DNA of 64,000 nt from Candidatus Bathyarchaeota archaeon (GCA_963833575.1 CAWHXY010000007.1:192001-256000), one strand, 5' to 3'; shown: positions 10,139-20,118, counted from the stretch's first letter. The notes: generated by a model from the letters alone, not told the origin. Numbers and translations are program-made.

Positions 10139-11370
10139 ATTTGTCCATTGCCTAAAATAATATATTTTGTCGTTGTTAGGTGTTGTACGCTCATGGGTCC
10201 TCTTGCGTGTAGTTTTTGGGTGCTGATTCCAATTTCTGCACCTAGGCCGAATTGGTTGCCGTCGGTGAATCGTGTGGATGCGTTCCAGTAGACTGCGGCG
10301 GAATCTATTTCATGTATAAACTTCATAGCTTTGTCGAAGTCTGCTGTGAGAATGGAGTCGGAATGCTTCGTGCCGTATTTGTTAATGTGGGCTATAGCTT
10401 CGTCCAGGTTTTTGACGACTTTTACACCTATGATTAGGTCTAGGTATTCGGTGTACCAGTCTTGTTCTGTTGCAAGCTTAACGTCGGAAACGATTTTTCG
10501 GGTTTCTTCGTCGCCTCTAACTTCGACGCCTTCCTTTCGTAGAGCTGCGACTACAAGGGGCAGGTAATATTTAGCGATTTTTTTGTGGACGAGGAGTTTT
10601 TCTGCTGCATTGCATGTTCCAGGTCTTTGGCATTTGGAGTTTATCACTATGAGTGTTGCTTTTTCTAAGTCTGCATCTTCTTCAATGTAAATGTGGCAGT
10701 TGCCTGTTCCTGTTTCAATAACGGGGATTCTTGAAGTTTCAACTACTGTTTTGATTAAATCTGCACCACCTCGGGGAATAAGTACATCGATGTACTGGCG
10801 CATACGCATCAACTCTTCCGCCACTTTACGATCAGGAGAATTCACTACTTGGACAGCGTCGACGGGGACATTTGTTGTAGACAAAGCATCTCGGAGAACT
10901 TCACCTATGGCTACGTTTGAATTTAATGCGTCTGAGCCGCCCCTAAGGATTACTGCGTTGCCTGATTTGATGCAGATGCTTGCAGAATCAGAGGTTACGT
11001 TAGGTCGTGACTCATAAATTACGCCTACAACGCCTAATGGTACGCGAACCTGGCTGATGATCAAGCCGTTTGGTCTTGTCCAAGTGTTTAAGATCGTGCC
11101 GATTGGATCTGCTAAGGTAGAAACTTCCCGCATATCCTTTGCCATACTCTGAATTTTCTTTTGGTCAAGCGATAAACGGTCAAGCAATGCGGCCTTGAGC
11201 CCTTTAGCTTTAGCAGCTTCTACATCTGCATTGTTTGCAGCCAAAATTTTTTCAGCGTTCGCTTCAAGGGCATTTGCCATTCTGCAGAGTGCCGTGTTTT
11301 TTGCTTCGGCTGAGATTTTTGCGATTTCAACTGAAGCCGCTTTGGCTCTTTGGCATATTTCGGTTATCAT
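10129..11370 (-). CDS. proA: Glutamate-5-semialdehyde dehydrogenase (gamma-glutamyl phosphate reductase)
   Basis: VPLGVVGVIYESRPNVT, GTCNAAEKLLVH, NASTRFTDGNQFGLGAEIGISTQKLHARGP. Confidence 0.97.
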   Translation of the reverse strand: MITEICQRAKAASVEIAKISAEAKNTALCRMANALEANAEKILAANNADVEAAKAKGLKAALLDRLSLDQKKIQSMAKDMREVSTLADPIGTILNTWTRPNGLIISQVRVPLGVVGVIYESRPNVTSDSASICIKSGNAVILRGGSDALNSNVAIGEVLRDALSTTNVPVDAVQVVNSPDRKVAEELMRMRQYIDVLIPRGGADLIKTVVETSRIPVIETGTGNCHIYIEEDADLEKATLIVINSKCQRPGTCNAAEKLLVHKKIAKYYLPLVVAALRKEGVEVRGDEETRKIVSDVKLATEQDWYTEYLDLIIGVKVVKNLDEAIAHINKYGTKHSDSILTADFDKAMKFIHEIDSAAVYWNASTRFTDGNQFGLGAEIGISTQKLHARGPMSVQHLTTTKYIILGNGQIRK

Positions 11371-12497
11371 CTTTCTTCCCCGATTAAGTGGATATTTCTA
11401 TGGTCAACAACTTCTTTAGGTTTGTCGCTACCAAGTTCTTTTTGAACTTCTGATGCTTGTAAGCCTTTTATTAGATTTAATTCGCCGCTTGTGAAGTTGG
11501 GGTTGGCTTTTGCAAACTCAACCTTGTTTTCGTCAACTAGATTTACGACGTCGCCAACATTGAAATTTCCAACAACTCGCGTTACTCCAACAGGCAACAA
11601 GCTTGAGCCTTCAAGAATTGCTTTCTTTGCACCATTATTCACGTGGATTTGCCCCTTAACAGCAGCTCCATAAGCTATCCAACGCTTCACAAAAGGCATT
11701 GTTTTCTGTGGCTTAAAATAAGTGCCCACACTTTTTCCCGATAGAATGTCAAGCAGCACGTTTTCTCTTCTGCTGTTGGCAATCACAACAGTGATGCCAC
11801 AGGAAGTTGCTATTTCAGCAGCCTTAATCTTGCTCTGGATTCCGCCTCGTCCCAATTTACTTTTTCCGTTTAGAGAGGCTTTCAATTGGGGTGTTATGGT
11901 GTCTACTGTTTTGATTAGTTTTGCGTCCGCTTCTTGGGGGTCAGCGGTGAATAAGCCATCAACGTCAGAGAGAATTATGGCCATATCGGCGCCTATTGCT
12001 CCAGCGACTAAAACAGACAGAATATCGTTGTCGCTGAAGTTTAGTTTGTAGCCTTCGGTTCGTTTGAGTTCTGTTACCGAGGTTACGTCGTTTTCGTTTA
12101 TAATGGGGATGACGCCTGATTTTATTAACATCATTAACACGTTGCAGATGTGCATGTATGACGCACGATTGGAAAGGTCCTCGGCAGTAAGCAGGATTTG
12201 TGCAACTTTTAGTTCGTGTTCTTTGAAAAGCTCCCGATACTTAGCCATCAAAACGCTTTGGCCTGTTGCGGCTGCGGCTTGTTGAAAGACTACATCATTA
12301 GGTTTTGGGGGTATACCAAGTTCAGCTATGCCTGCGGCTACTGCTCCCGATGTTACAAGTACGACTTTGTCGCCCTGTTTGGTTACAGCGGCTATTTGAC
12401 CAGTCAGTTTTCGCATTTCTTCTTCATCAAGAGTTCCTTCACTCTTTGTTATGCCGCTTGTTCCAACCTTTACAACAATTAATCTTGAAGTCATCAC
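11367..12497 (-). CDS. proB: Glutamate 5-kinase with C-terminal PUA domain
   Basis: IVVKVGTS, VTSGAVAAG, PIINENDV, FSDND, GRGGIQSK; 4-bp overlap with proA. Confidence 0.96.
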   Translation of the reverse strand: MMTSRLIVVKVGTSGITKSEGTLDEEEMRKLTGQIAAVTKQGDKVVLVTSGAVAAGIAELGIPPKPNDVVFQQAAAATGQSVLMAKYRELFKEHELKVAQILLTAEDLSNRASYMHICNVLMMLIKSGVIPIINENDVTSVTELKRTEGYKLNFSDNDILSVLVAGAIGADMAIILSDVDGLFTADPQEADAKLIKTVDTITPQLKASLNGKSKLGRGGIQSKIKAAEIATSCGITVVIANSRRENVLLDILSGKSVGTYFKPQKTMPFVKRWIAYGAAVKGQIHVNNGAKKAILEGSSLLPVGVTRVVGNFNVGDVVNLVDENKVEFAKANPNFTSGELNLIKGLQASEVQKELGSDKPKEVVDHRNIHLIGEER

Positions 12498-12669
12498 TTA
12501 ATCACTTTAGGCATAGACTTATTGAGATATGTTTGCAACTTCCTTAAAAATGCAACCAAATTTACAAAACTAAAAATTCATTTTATTGGTTTAAAATCCA
12601 GCTTTGTACATTACAGCGCCTAAATCTTTTAGAAAAACATATATAGAAAATGGTTGTGGCTTGTTAAAC

Positions 12670-14901
12670 ATGTACATACCCATTCAAGCATTAGCAACAT
12701 CTGTTAATTCACCATCCCCACTAGTATTTTGGATTGCACCAATCGCTGGTGTTATCGCCGTTCTGGCTTCACTTTTGCTTATGCGCCATATAGGCAAAAT
12801 GAGCCCCGGTGGTCCAAAAGCACAGGAAGTAGGAAATGCCATTCGTGAAGGCGCATATGCCTTTTTGAAAAGGCAGTATAAAACAATCGCAATAATCACA
12901 GTAGTCGTTTTCGTGTTGCTGTGGGTTGCCCTACCAAGTGGATATCTTGGCGTAGGAACGGCTGCGGCCTTTTTAGTAGGAGCAGTCGCGTCGTTGGCTG
13001 CTGGCTACATAGCCATGGACAACGCAACCAAAGCAAACGTTCGCACGGTTGCAGCGGCAAAAGATGGCGCTGAAAAAGCTCTTAAAACCGCATTTTACGG
13101 CGGCGCCACGATGGGTATGGCTGTTGTTGGTTTATCTCTTTTGGGTGTAAGTTTTCTATTCTTGCTTTACGGTGGCTACAACGCCATGTTTGGCACATTA
13201 AGTGTTTCTGATGCTGCAACTTTGGGCAGGCAAGCTGCAAGCGGCATCGTCGGTATGGGTTTTGGTGCCTCATTAATCGCTTTGTTCGCCCAGCTTGGAG
13301 GCGGAATTTACACAAAAGCCGCAGACGTTGGAGCAGACTTGGTGGGTAAAGTTGAAGCAGGTATTCCTGAAGATGATCCACGCAATCCCGCAGTGATCGC
13401 TGATAACGTTGGAGATAACGTTGGTGACTCGGCTGGACGTGGCGCAGACTTGTTTGAATCTGCCACTGGGGAAAACATCGGGGGAATGATTATCGGTGGC
13501 TTAATTAGCATCGCTACTGGAAACCTGTTGTTCTTGGTTTTCCCGCTTATTGCTAGGGCTCTTGGAATTTTTGCAACTTTAATTGGCATGCCTTTCGTTA
13601 AGCTTAATGAAGCAGAAGCGAAGCATCCAATGAAAGCATTAAGAAAAGGCCTCATGGTAACCACAATAATTTCAGGCATTCTGTTCCTCTTTGCAACAAT
13701 TTTCCTCTTAGGCAACGGCGATTTCTCAATGACCTTCTTCTACCTATACTTCTGTTTACTCTCAGGCTTAGCTGCAAGCGTAGCGATCGACTACATTACT
13801 GACTACTATACAGGAAGTGACCGAGGTCCAGTTGGAAGAATCGCTAAAGCTAGCCAAACAGGAGCAGCAACCAACATAATCACGGGGTTCGCAGTAGGAC
13901 TCGAAACAACGGCGTTACCTGTAGTCTCGCTAGTTATTGCGCTTGTGACATCTTACTACTTTGGCACACAATTCGCAATTTCATGGAACGCTACACACGC
14001 GGCACAAATTACGCCCTTCATAGGTGGAATTTACGGAACCACACTTGCAACCATGGGCATGCTTGCAGTCATGGGCATGGTACTGGCACTTGACGGCTTT
14101 GGCCCAATCGCTGACAACGCAGCAGGCATAGCTGAAATGTCCGGAGAAGGCGGCGCAGAAGCAACCATGGAAGCCTTAGACGCAGTTGGAAACACAACGA
14201 AAGCTTTAACCAAAGGATTTGCACTTGGCTCAGCTCTGCTCGCGGCTCAACTGCTATTCCAAACATACTCTTCAGAAGTCACAACATACGCAACGACTCA
14301 CGCTGGCTATTTAAGCACTGCGACATTTGCCGTAGACATCTCAAACCCTGCAGTTCTAATAGCTGGTTTCATCGGTGCAATGTTGCCCTTCTTCTTCTCT
14401 TCGCAAGCTATCAGCGCAGTAGGAAAAGCAGCTGCAGAAATGGTTGATGAAGTGAGACGGCAATTCAGAGAAATCCCTGGTATCATGGAAGGAACCGGTA
14501 AACCTGACTACGGTAAAGCCGTAGACATTAGTACAAAAGCAGCGCTAAAAGGCATGGTGCTTCCTGGCCTAATCCTTGTGATTGTTCCAATAATTGTCGG
14601 TGTCCTCTTAGGACCTGAAGCAGTAGGAGCATTCGTGATCGGCGCAACACTATCAGCTGTTCCACTAGCACTGTTCATGAATACTGGTGGAGGCGCATGG
14701 GACAACGCAAAGAAATTCATTGAAACAGGCAAATACGGTGGCAAAGGCTCACCAGCGCACGCAGCAGCAGTAGTTGGCGACACAGTTGGAGACCCATTAA
14801 AAGACACAGCAGGACCAAGCCTACACGTACTCATAAAACTGCTAAGCACACTATCAATCGTCTTCATCCCGCTGTTTCTAAACCTGCTGCACCTCATATA
14901 A
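12670..14901 (+). CDS. hppA: Membrane-bound H+-translocating pyrophosphatase, K+-independent type
   Basis: GGIYTKAADVGADLVGKVEAGIPEDDPRNPAVIADNVGDNVGD and GDTVGDPLKD. GNTTKA (Lys rather than Ala) marks the K+-independent class. ATG at 12670 preferred over TTG at 12604. Confidence 0.95.
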   Translation: MYIPIQALATSVNSPSPLVFWIAPIAGVIAVLASLLLMRHIGKMSPGGPKAQEVGNAIREGAYAFLKRQYKTIAIITVVVFVLLWVALPSGYLGVGTAAAFLVGAVASLAAGYIAMDNATKANVRTVAAAKDGAEKALKTAFYGGATMGMAVVGLSLLGVSFLFLLYGGYNAMFGTLSVSDAATLGRQAASGIVGMGFGASLIALFAQLGGGIYTKAADVGADLVGKVEAGIPEDDPRNPAVIADNVGDNVGDSAGRGADLFESATGENIGGMIIGGLISIATGNLLFLVFPLIARALGIFATLIGMPFVKLNEAEAKHPMKALRKGLMVTTIISGILFLFATIFLLGNGDFSMTFFYLYFCLLSGLAASVAIDYITDYYTGSDRGPVGRIAKASQTGAATNIITGFAVGLETTALPVVSLVIALVTSYYFGTQFAISWNATHAAQITPFIGGIYGTTLATMGMLAVMGMVLALDGFGPIADNAAGIAEMSGEGGAEATMEALDAVGNTTKALTKGFALGSALLAAQLLFQTYSSEVTTYATTHAGYLSTATFAVDISNPAVLIAGFIGAMLPFFFSSQAISAVGKAAAEMVDEVRRQFREIPGIMEGTGKPDYGKAVDISTKAALKGMVLPGLILVIVPIIVGVLLGPEAVGAFVIGATLSAVPLALFMNTGGGAWDNAKKFIETGKYGGKGSPAHAAAVVGDTVGDPLKDTAGPSLHVLIKLLSTLSIVFIPLFLNLLHLI

Positions 14902-15021
14902 GAGGACTTTTTTTCTTCCTCTTCCATTTTTTGAGATTTTTTTGTTTTATTTTTTCGTTTTGTAGAAATTAATTTTGAAACTATTGTCTAATGAGTAAAT
15001 TTCTGAAAAATATTCTTTCTA

Positions 15022-15172
15022 AGGAGAACAACAACAGTTGGTGGTAGCACTGGGTGTTGTTCTTCTCTTGAGAGAAGAAGGAGGACAAACGCAGGGGACG
15101 TTGTGTCCTCCTTCTACCAGGCGTAACCAAAGAAGAAGAAGAAACTTGCAGGGTGCGCACTTCTTCTTCTTT
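15022..15172. other. Array of three stem-loops (12-13-bp stems, about 54-nt period); candidate structured ncRNA
   Basis: Arms 15022-15033/15055-15066, 15076-15087/15104-15115 and 15129-15141/15160-15172 are complementary. Confidence 0.6.
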
Positions 15173-15304
15173 CACTTTTGAATTAACTTGAGTTTCGGAA
15201 GGGTTGAAAAGGAGGATTTCAAATTTGGTCTGTTCTTAAACTTCCTTTTTGGTGTAGTATGTTTTTATTTCTTAGTGCCGCAATTAGTTAAAGAAGTGTA
15301 AATC

Positions 15305-16393
15305 GTGAAAATTGTTCAGAAAAATATAGAGCAAGATTTCGTTAAAGTGGTTCCTGATTCACCAGATGACCTTTGGCATCTCTACAACGTTATCTATGCT
15401 GGCGATGAGGTTTACGCTTACAGTTCAAGAGCGATAAAAAGTGATACTGAAGCCTCGCGTCCCAAAAGTGGCGAGCGGGTTTCGGCGTTCATGGGGGTAA
15501 AAGTGATTTCAGTTAGTTGGGACAAATTTCTTGGGAAACTGCGGGTTCATGGTTTAATTTGTCATGCGCCCGACATAATTCCAACAGGAGCTCATCACAC
15601 TCTTAGCATAGCGTTGAATCAGCAAGTAACAATTGTAAAGAAACAATGGCCCAAACACATCTTAGACAGGCTTGAGCGGGCAAGCGAAACTGAAAAACCA
15701 ATGATTATCGTTTCTATAGACGACGAAGGATTCGCGATTGCGGAAACCAAACAATACGGCGTAGAAACCCGAGTTGAACAACGAACTAGATTGCCGGGAA
15801 AACAAGATGCTGATAAACGAGAAGAAGCCACAAAAGGATACTTTCGTCTCGCAGTCAATAGTCTGGAAAAATTATGGAGCCAAAACCATAATCCAATTGT
15901 TATTATCGGCGCTGGCTTTGTCAAAAATGACTTTGTAAAATATTTGAATGAAGAAGCGCCCCAGATGGCTAAATCTGTTGCTGATGTAAAAAGTGTTAAC
16001 AACGGTGGCACAGCAGGAATCGACGAAGCCTTACGAGCTGGCATTTTACTGAAAGCCTCTCATCGACTTCGAGTAGTAGATGAAACGGAAACCATGGAGG
16101 AAGTTATGAAACGACTCGGAAAGGGCGAAGGAACAGTCACCTATGGTTTGGACGCAGTTGAGAATGCCGCCAATATGGGCGCTATTGAAAAACTGGTTGT
16201 TGCTGATACAATGCTTCGAGACGCCGATGAAACGCAACGATTGAAACTCGAGGGACTAATGCGAGAAGTTGAGAAGCGGCGTGCAAGCGTAACCGTGGTT
16301 AGCACCGAGCACGAAGCGGGCGCAAAACTGTTGAGCTTAGGCGGTATCGTGGCTTTACTTAGGTTTCCACTTTACCGAGAGGCAACAAGTTAA
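15305..16393 (+). CDS. pelA: Pelota (aPelota/Dom34) ribosome rescue factor
   Basis: DDLWHLYNVI, GAHHTL, LPGK, IIGAGFVK, EHEAGAKLLSLGGIVALLRF. Confidence 0.95.
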   Translation: MKIVQKNIEQDFVKVVPDSPDDLWHLYNVIYAGDEVYAYSSRAIKSDTEASRPKSGERVSAFMGVKVISVSWDKFLGKLRVHGLICHAPDIIPTGAHHTLSIALNQQVTIVKKQWPKHILDRLERASETEKPMIIVSIDDEGFAIAETKQYGVETRVEQRTRLPGKQDADKREEATKGYFRLAVNSLEKLWSQNHNPIVIIGAGFVKNDFVKYLNEEAPQMAKSVADVKSVNNGGTAGIDEALRAGILLKASHRLRVVDETETMEEVMKRLGKGEGTVTYGLDAVENAANMGAIEKLVVADTMLRDADETQRLKLEGLMREVEKRRASVTVVSTEHEAGAKLLSLGGIVALLRFPLYREATS

Positions 16394-16492
16394 CCAATTC
16401 TTCTCAGGTTTTCACTCTCTCTCAAAATCGGATTCTTAACTTAATCATCTTCTTGGTAAACATTTTTTAACCTGACGAGCGGTTGAGAAGTC

Positions 16493-16513
16493 TTTATAAA
16501 GATGCTTTATATA
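16493..16513 (+). promoter_or_regulatory. Tandem TATA boxes upstream of tbp
   Basis: TTTATAAA (16493-16500) and TTTATATA (16506-16513), 40-60 nt before the ATG at 16553. Confidence 0.5.
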
Positions 16514-16552
16514 CCCCCTATTAGTATTTAAATGCTCAACGCGTGAGTTGAC

Positions 16553-17119
16553 ATGAGTAAACGAAAACCAATTATTAATATCCAAAACATTGTAGCTTCA
16601 GTCTCACTTAATCAAAAGATCGACTTACAAAAAATCGTAGAAAAATTTCCTCAAACTGAATACAACCCAAGCGTATTTCCAGGCTTAGTTTTCAGATTAA
16701 AAAAACCAAAAACAGCTACATTAATTTTCGGCACAGGCAAAATGGTTTGCACAGGCGCTAAATCAGAAAAGGAATCTCGAAGCGCAGTAGAGAAAGTTGT
16801 TAAAGAGCTTCGAAGTGAAGGAATCCAAATTACAGAAAAACCTGTCGTAATGATCCAAAACATTGTTGCATCAGCAGAACTCGGCGGAGAAATTGACCTT
16901 GAAAGCCTAGTCTACAAACTTGAGCGCGTCATGTACGAACCAGAGCAGTTCCCTGGAGCAGTATTCCGAATGGCTGAACCTAAAGTAGTCTTTCTAATCT
17001 TCTCGGCTGGAAAACTCGTCTGCGTAGGCGCTAAAAAAGAAGAACAAGTTTACGAAGCAGTCGACAAAATACAGGCACTACTTGAAGAAAAAGAACTCAT
17101 CTACTACCCCGCTCCTTAA
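16553..17119 (+). CDS. tbp: TATA-box-binding protein
   Basis: Two direct repeats: IQNIVAS...YNPSVFPGLVFR...LIFGTGKMVCTGAK and IQNIVAS...YEPEQFPGAVFR...LIFSAGKLVCVGAK. Confidence 0.98.
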   Translation: MSKRKPIINIQNIVASVSLNQKIDLQKIVEKFPQTEYNPSVFPGLVFRLKKPKTATLIFGTGKMVCTGAKSEKESRSAVEKVVKELRSEGIQITEKPVVMIQNIVASAELGGEIDLESLVYKLERVMYEPEQFPGAVFRMAEPKVVFLIFSAGKLVCVGAKKEEQVYEAVDKIQALLEEKELIYYPAP

Positions 17120-17841
17120 GCCTTTTTTTCATTTCTTCTGCGAACCGCAGGATTGTTTTCTGAGATTTTTTTTAGAGTTAATTCAAAAGTCTCTTCCGGC
17201 AATAATTCCTTTTTTATGAAAACTCCCGTTCTCCCGACTAAGTCCCTCTTCATAAGAGTATGAACTCTGTCTAAGACAGTTTCTGCAGAAATGCCCAAGA
17301 TTTTAGCCGTATATTCTTCTTTGCCTATTATGCTATTTTCCAAATGACCTTTTTCGGTGGGTTCGATAAGCATGAGCCGTTTATCCACACCTGAAACGCG
17401 GATCCCCGCCTTAAGTTGGCTGATGTTTGTTTCTCCGCCGAAGCAGTAAAATTCTCTCTCAACTCTACGCATCTGCATCAGAGGATATGAAACCGTGACT
17501 TGTTCGTTAACTTCGATGTGTGCTTTCATGGCATAGTTTGGGGTGGCTTGAATAACTAAGCGGTTACTGATGGGTATGTGTGCTTTTTCAAGTGCGGTTT
17601 CTACGAGGAAACTGTTCTGAACCTCAGCAATGAAAACATCGATGTCACTTGTCTTCTTCACGTCGCCTCTCGCGATGCTTCCATGTACAACTGATTGGAG
17701 ATGAAATCCCTCTAAGGCAGCCATAACATCCATTGCTTTGCTTCTTAAATCAGTAAGCAGTTGCCAGTGAGCCTTGGTGTATGTTACTTCTTTGTAGTCT
17801 GAGGGTTTTGTAGGCTTGACAGCCATCTTTTCTCCAGCCAT
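17116..17841 (-). CDS. Pol-beta-superfamily nucleotidyltransferase (conserved archaeal type)
   Basis: HGSIARGDVKKTSDIDVF (GS...DxD) motif; conserved-looking GVDKRL and GRTGVF segments. Confidence 0.8.
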   Translation of the reverse strand: MAGEKMAVKPTKPSDYKEVTYTKAHWQLLTDLRSKAMDVMAALEGFHLQSVVHGSIARGDVKKTSDIDVFIAEVQNSFLVETALEKAHIPISNRLVIQATPNYAMKAHIEVNEQVTVSYPLMQMRRVEREFYCFGGETNISQLKAGIRVSGVDKRLMLIEPTEKGHLENSIIGKEEYTAKILGISAETVLDRVHTLMKRDLVGRTGVFIKKELLPEETFELTLKKISENNPAVRRRNEKKA

Positions 17842-17909
17842 TTTAATGAGTTAGTAAGCATTGTTTATTTAGTTTAACAATTAATCAAATCTTTAACTGT
17901 GAAACAATA

Positions 17910-18848
17910 ATGACTGCTCCCGTTTGCAGCTCTTGCAAAACCAAAGAAGCCTTCTTTCATAGACAATATTCAGGTGAAACGCTTTGCAAAAAATGTTTCA
18001 CCCAATCTATCGAAGCCAAAGTAAGAGCAACCATAACCCGATACCACATGCTCAATTATGATGACCGATTAGCCGTGGCAGTTTCAGGTGGCAAAGACAG
18101 CCTAAGCCTACTGCACATTTTAGCGAAGACCAAGCGGGTTCGACCCAAAACCATGCTCATTGCAGTTACAGTAGATGAGGGCATTGAAGGCTACAGAAAT
18201 GAGGCTTTAGAAATTGCAGCGACTAACTGCAAGCAACTTGAAATCCCTCATCACATAGTCTCATTCAAAGACCTCTATGGTTACACGCTGGATGAAATAA
18301 TCCAAAGGGCACGAAGCCGAGGCGAGACAGAGTTAACTGCTTGCGCTTACTGCGGTGTTCTTAGGAGAAAAGCTATCAATGCTGGAGCAAGGCAAGTCCA
18401 CGCAAACAAGGTTGCAACAGCCCACACATTAGATGACGAAGTTCAAACAGCTGTCATGAATATTTTCCGTGGAGACATCGCACGGTTGTCTAAAGAAAAA
18501 CCAATCACCAGCGAAGCGCATCCGCTATTAGTGCAGAAGATAAAGCCTTTCTGCGAGATTCCCGAGAAAGAAAGCGCCTTATACGCTTATGTAAAAAAAA
18601 TTCAGTTCCAAGATACCCCATGTCCCTATGCTTCTGAAGCCCTCCGAAATGACATCCGCGGCATGATTAACATGATGGAGCAGAAGCATGCTGGAACAAA
18701 ATTTACTGTCTTCAAAGCCATGGAACGTCTAAGACCTGCTTTAGAGGAAACAGCTAAGAAAGAAAAGTTTCGAACATGCACAGAATGTGGCGAGCCCTCA
18801 GCATTGGATCTATGTAAAACTTGCGAGATGCTTCGGCATGTACGTTAG
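17910..18848 (+). CDS. tRNA 2-thiolation protein, NcsA/TtuA/Ctu1 (TIGR00269-like) family
   Basis: PP-loop SGGKDS, N- and C-terminal CxxC Zn fingers, central CAYCGVLRR, AHTLDDE, CPY. Confidence 0.9.
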   Translation: MTAPVCSSCKTKEAFFHRQYSGETLCKKCFTQSIEAKVRATITRYHMLNYDDRLAVAVSGGKDSLSLLHILAKTKRVRPKTMLIAVTVDEGIEGYRNEALEIAATNCKQLEIPHHIVSFKDLYGYTLDEIIQRARSRGETELTACAYCGVLRRKAINAGARQVHANKVATAHTLDDEVQTAVMNIFRGDIARLSKEKPITSEAHPLLVQKIKPFCEIPEKESALYAYVKKIQFQDTPCPYASEALRNDIRGMINMMEQKHAGTKFTVFKAMERLRPALEETAKKEKFRTCTECGEPSALDLCKTCEMLRHVR

Positions 18849-19051
18849 GTTTTGCAGCTAAACCCTTGTTCTCTTTTCAGTTTCCGAAGCATTTCTGAGG
18901 CTTCAATCGCATTAGCTGCTGAAACCACTTTTTGTGCACTCAAAAGATCGACGTGCGCTCCGCAGTAAGGGCAGATTTTGGTTTTTTGTCCCTTCGCCGT
19001 TAACATTAAACCTCCGCATTTACTGCATTTCATAATCAATGTCGCAGTCAT
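18845..19051 (-). CDS. Small Zn-ribbon protein (DUF1922-like)
   Basis: CSKCG...KTKICPYCG plus C-terminal helix; ATG at 19051 preferred. Confidence 0.7.
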   Translation of the reverse strand: MTATLIMKCSKCGGLMLTAKGQKTKICPYCGAHVDLLSAQKVVSAANAIEASEMLRKLKREQGFSCKT

Positions 19052-19119
19052 CTGCTTTTGCTTCCGAAAGCCTTTTCCATACACAGGTTCATAACTGTTT
19101 AGTTAGAGAAGAGCGTGTT

Positions 19120-19482
19120 ATGAATATGGTTGAAGAACAAGCTAAGCCAAGATCCCATTTGTTGGATTTGGCAGTTCAGTACTTTAAGAAGGAAGGTTAC
19201 AAAGTAAATTGTGAAAACGCGGCGCTGGAAGGCCACAGTGGTGTAACAAGAAAATTTGATCTCATCGTCCAGAAAGGGCGTTATGAGCAAGGTGTTTGGG
19301 TTAGAGATTGGAATAGAACTATCGGCGTAAACTTGATTATTGCATTGGATACTTCATCCGAAGATGTTGACTTAGGCAGTCCAATTATGATTGCTGAAAA
19401 ATTCAGCGACCACGCCAAATCCTACAGCAATAGACGCAAGTTAACGCTGCTAACAAGGCAGAAATTAGGCAGCTTCAGGTAA
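19120..19482 (+). CDS. Small restriction-endonuclease-fold (Mrr-like) protein, probably catalytically degenerate
   Basis: YFKKEGYKV...EGHSGVTRKFDLIV...FSDHAKSY pattern; the E-x-K motif is replaced by W-V-R. Confidence 0.65.
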   Translation: MNMVEEQAKPRSHLLDLAVQYFKKEGYKVNCENAALEGHSGVTRKFDLIVQKGRYEQGVWVRDWNRTIGVNLIIALDTSSEDVDLGSPIMIAEKFSDHAKSYSNRRKLTLLTRQKLGSFR

Positions 19483-19533
19483 TTAACTCAAGCCTTTAAG
19501 TTCGTATATAATTAGAATTCTTCAGTTTAGACT

Positions 19534-20118
19534 TCATGCTTTAAGATACTGATCAGTAATTCCTTCCCGTTCTAGCATGCCCAGCCAATCCACGATGCCG
19601 CTGTAGCATTTTTTACCTTTTTCTAAAACATCCATGATTTCGTCTGCAACTTCTTCAACGGGTTTGCCTGTAATGTCTAATTCGCAGACTTTTCCCTGTT
19701 GCACTTGCATAGCTTCGATGAGGCAAACGTCGAGGATTTCAGCTGACAAGTTTTCCCACATTTTAGTGCCAATATAACCGCATTTCTCCATGAACTTTTT
19801 AAGTTCTTTGGGGTTTCGGCGTAAAACAAAAACTTTTGTGACAAGCTCGGTTAGAGTTACGGAGCTAGCGTAATGTCCATCAATAATTATGTTGGTTTTG
19901 TTTGCTGCATTTATGGTTTCTGCGAGTTTGGTGCGCATTTTTTCTTCGTTTATTATTATGGTTTTTCTTTCCTTGTCTTCACCTGAAGTTAAGCAATAGG
20001 TTTTGGCGTAGTCCGTGAGGTTGATGTATTCTGCGTTAAGTCTCGCAGTTAAGGTTTTGGCGGTTGTCGTTTTGCCGGTGCAAGGTGTGCCAGTGATGAG
20101 AATGACGCGTTTCTTCAT
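19534..20118 (-). CDS. Adenylate kinase / ATPase, AK6 (Fap7) family
   Basis: ILITGTPCTGKTT P-loop, IIIDGH motif, ENLSAEILDVC. Confidence 0.88.
   Translation of the reverse strand: MKKRVILITGTPCTGKTTTAKTLTARLNAEYINLTDYAKTYCLTSGEDKERKTIIINEEKMRTKLAETINAANKTNIIIDGHYASSVTLTELVTKVFVLRRNPKELKKFMEKCGYIGTKMWENLSAEILDVCLIEAMQVQQGKVCELDITGKPVEEVADEIMDVLEKGKKCYSGIVDWLGMLEREGITDQYLKA

Noticed and set aside
9945-10160. 71-aa ORF with FLIFLFSY repeats
   Set aside because: It is only the translation of the 8-bp tandem repeat
14981-15175. 64-aa minus-strand ORF
   Set aside because: Low-complexity translation of the hairpin arms with no protein-like features
16501-16514. GATGCTTTATATAC resembling the motif core
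   Set aside because: Explained as the tbp TATA box and lacks the 5' half of the motif
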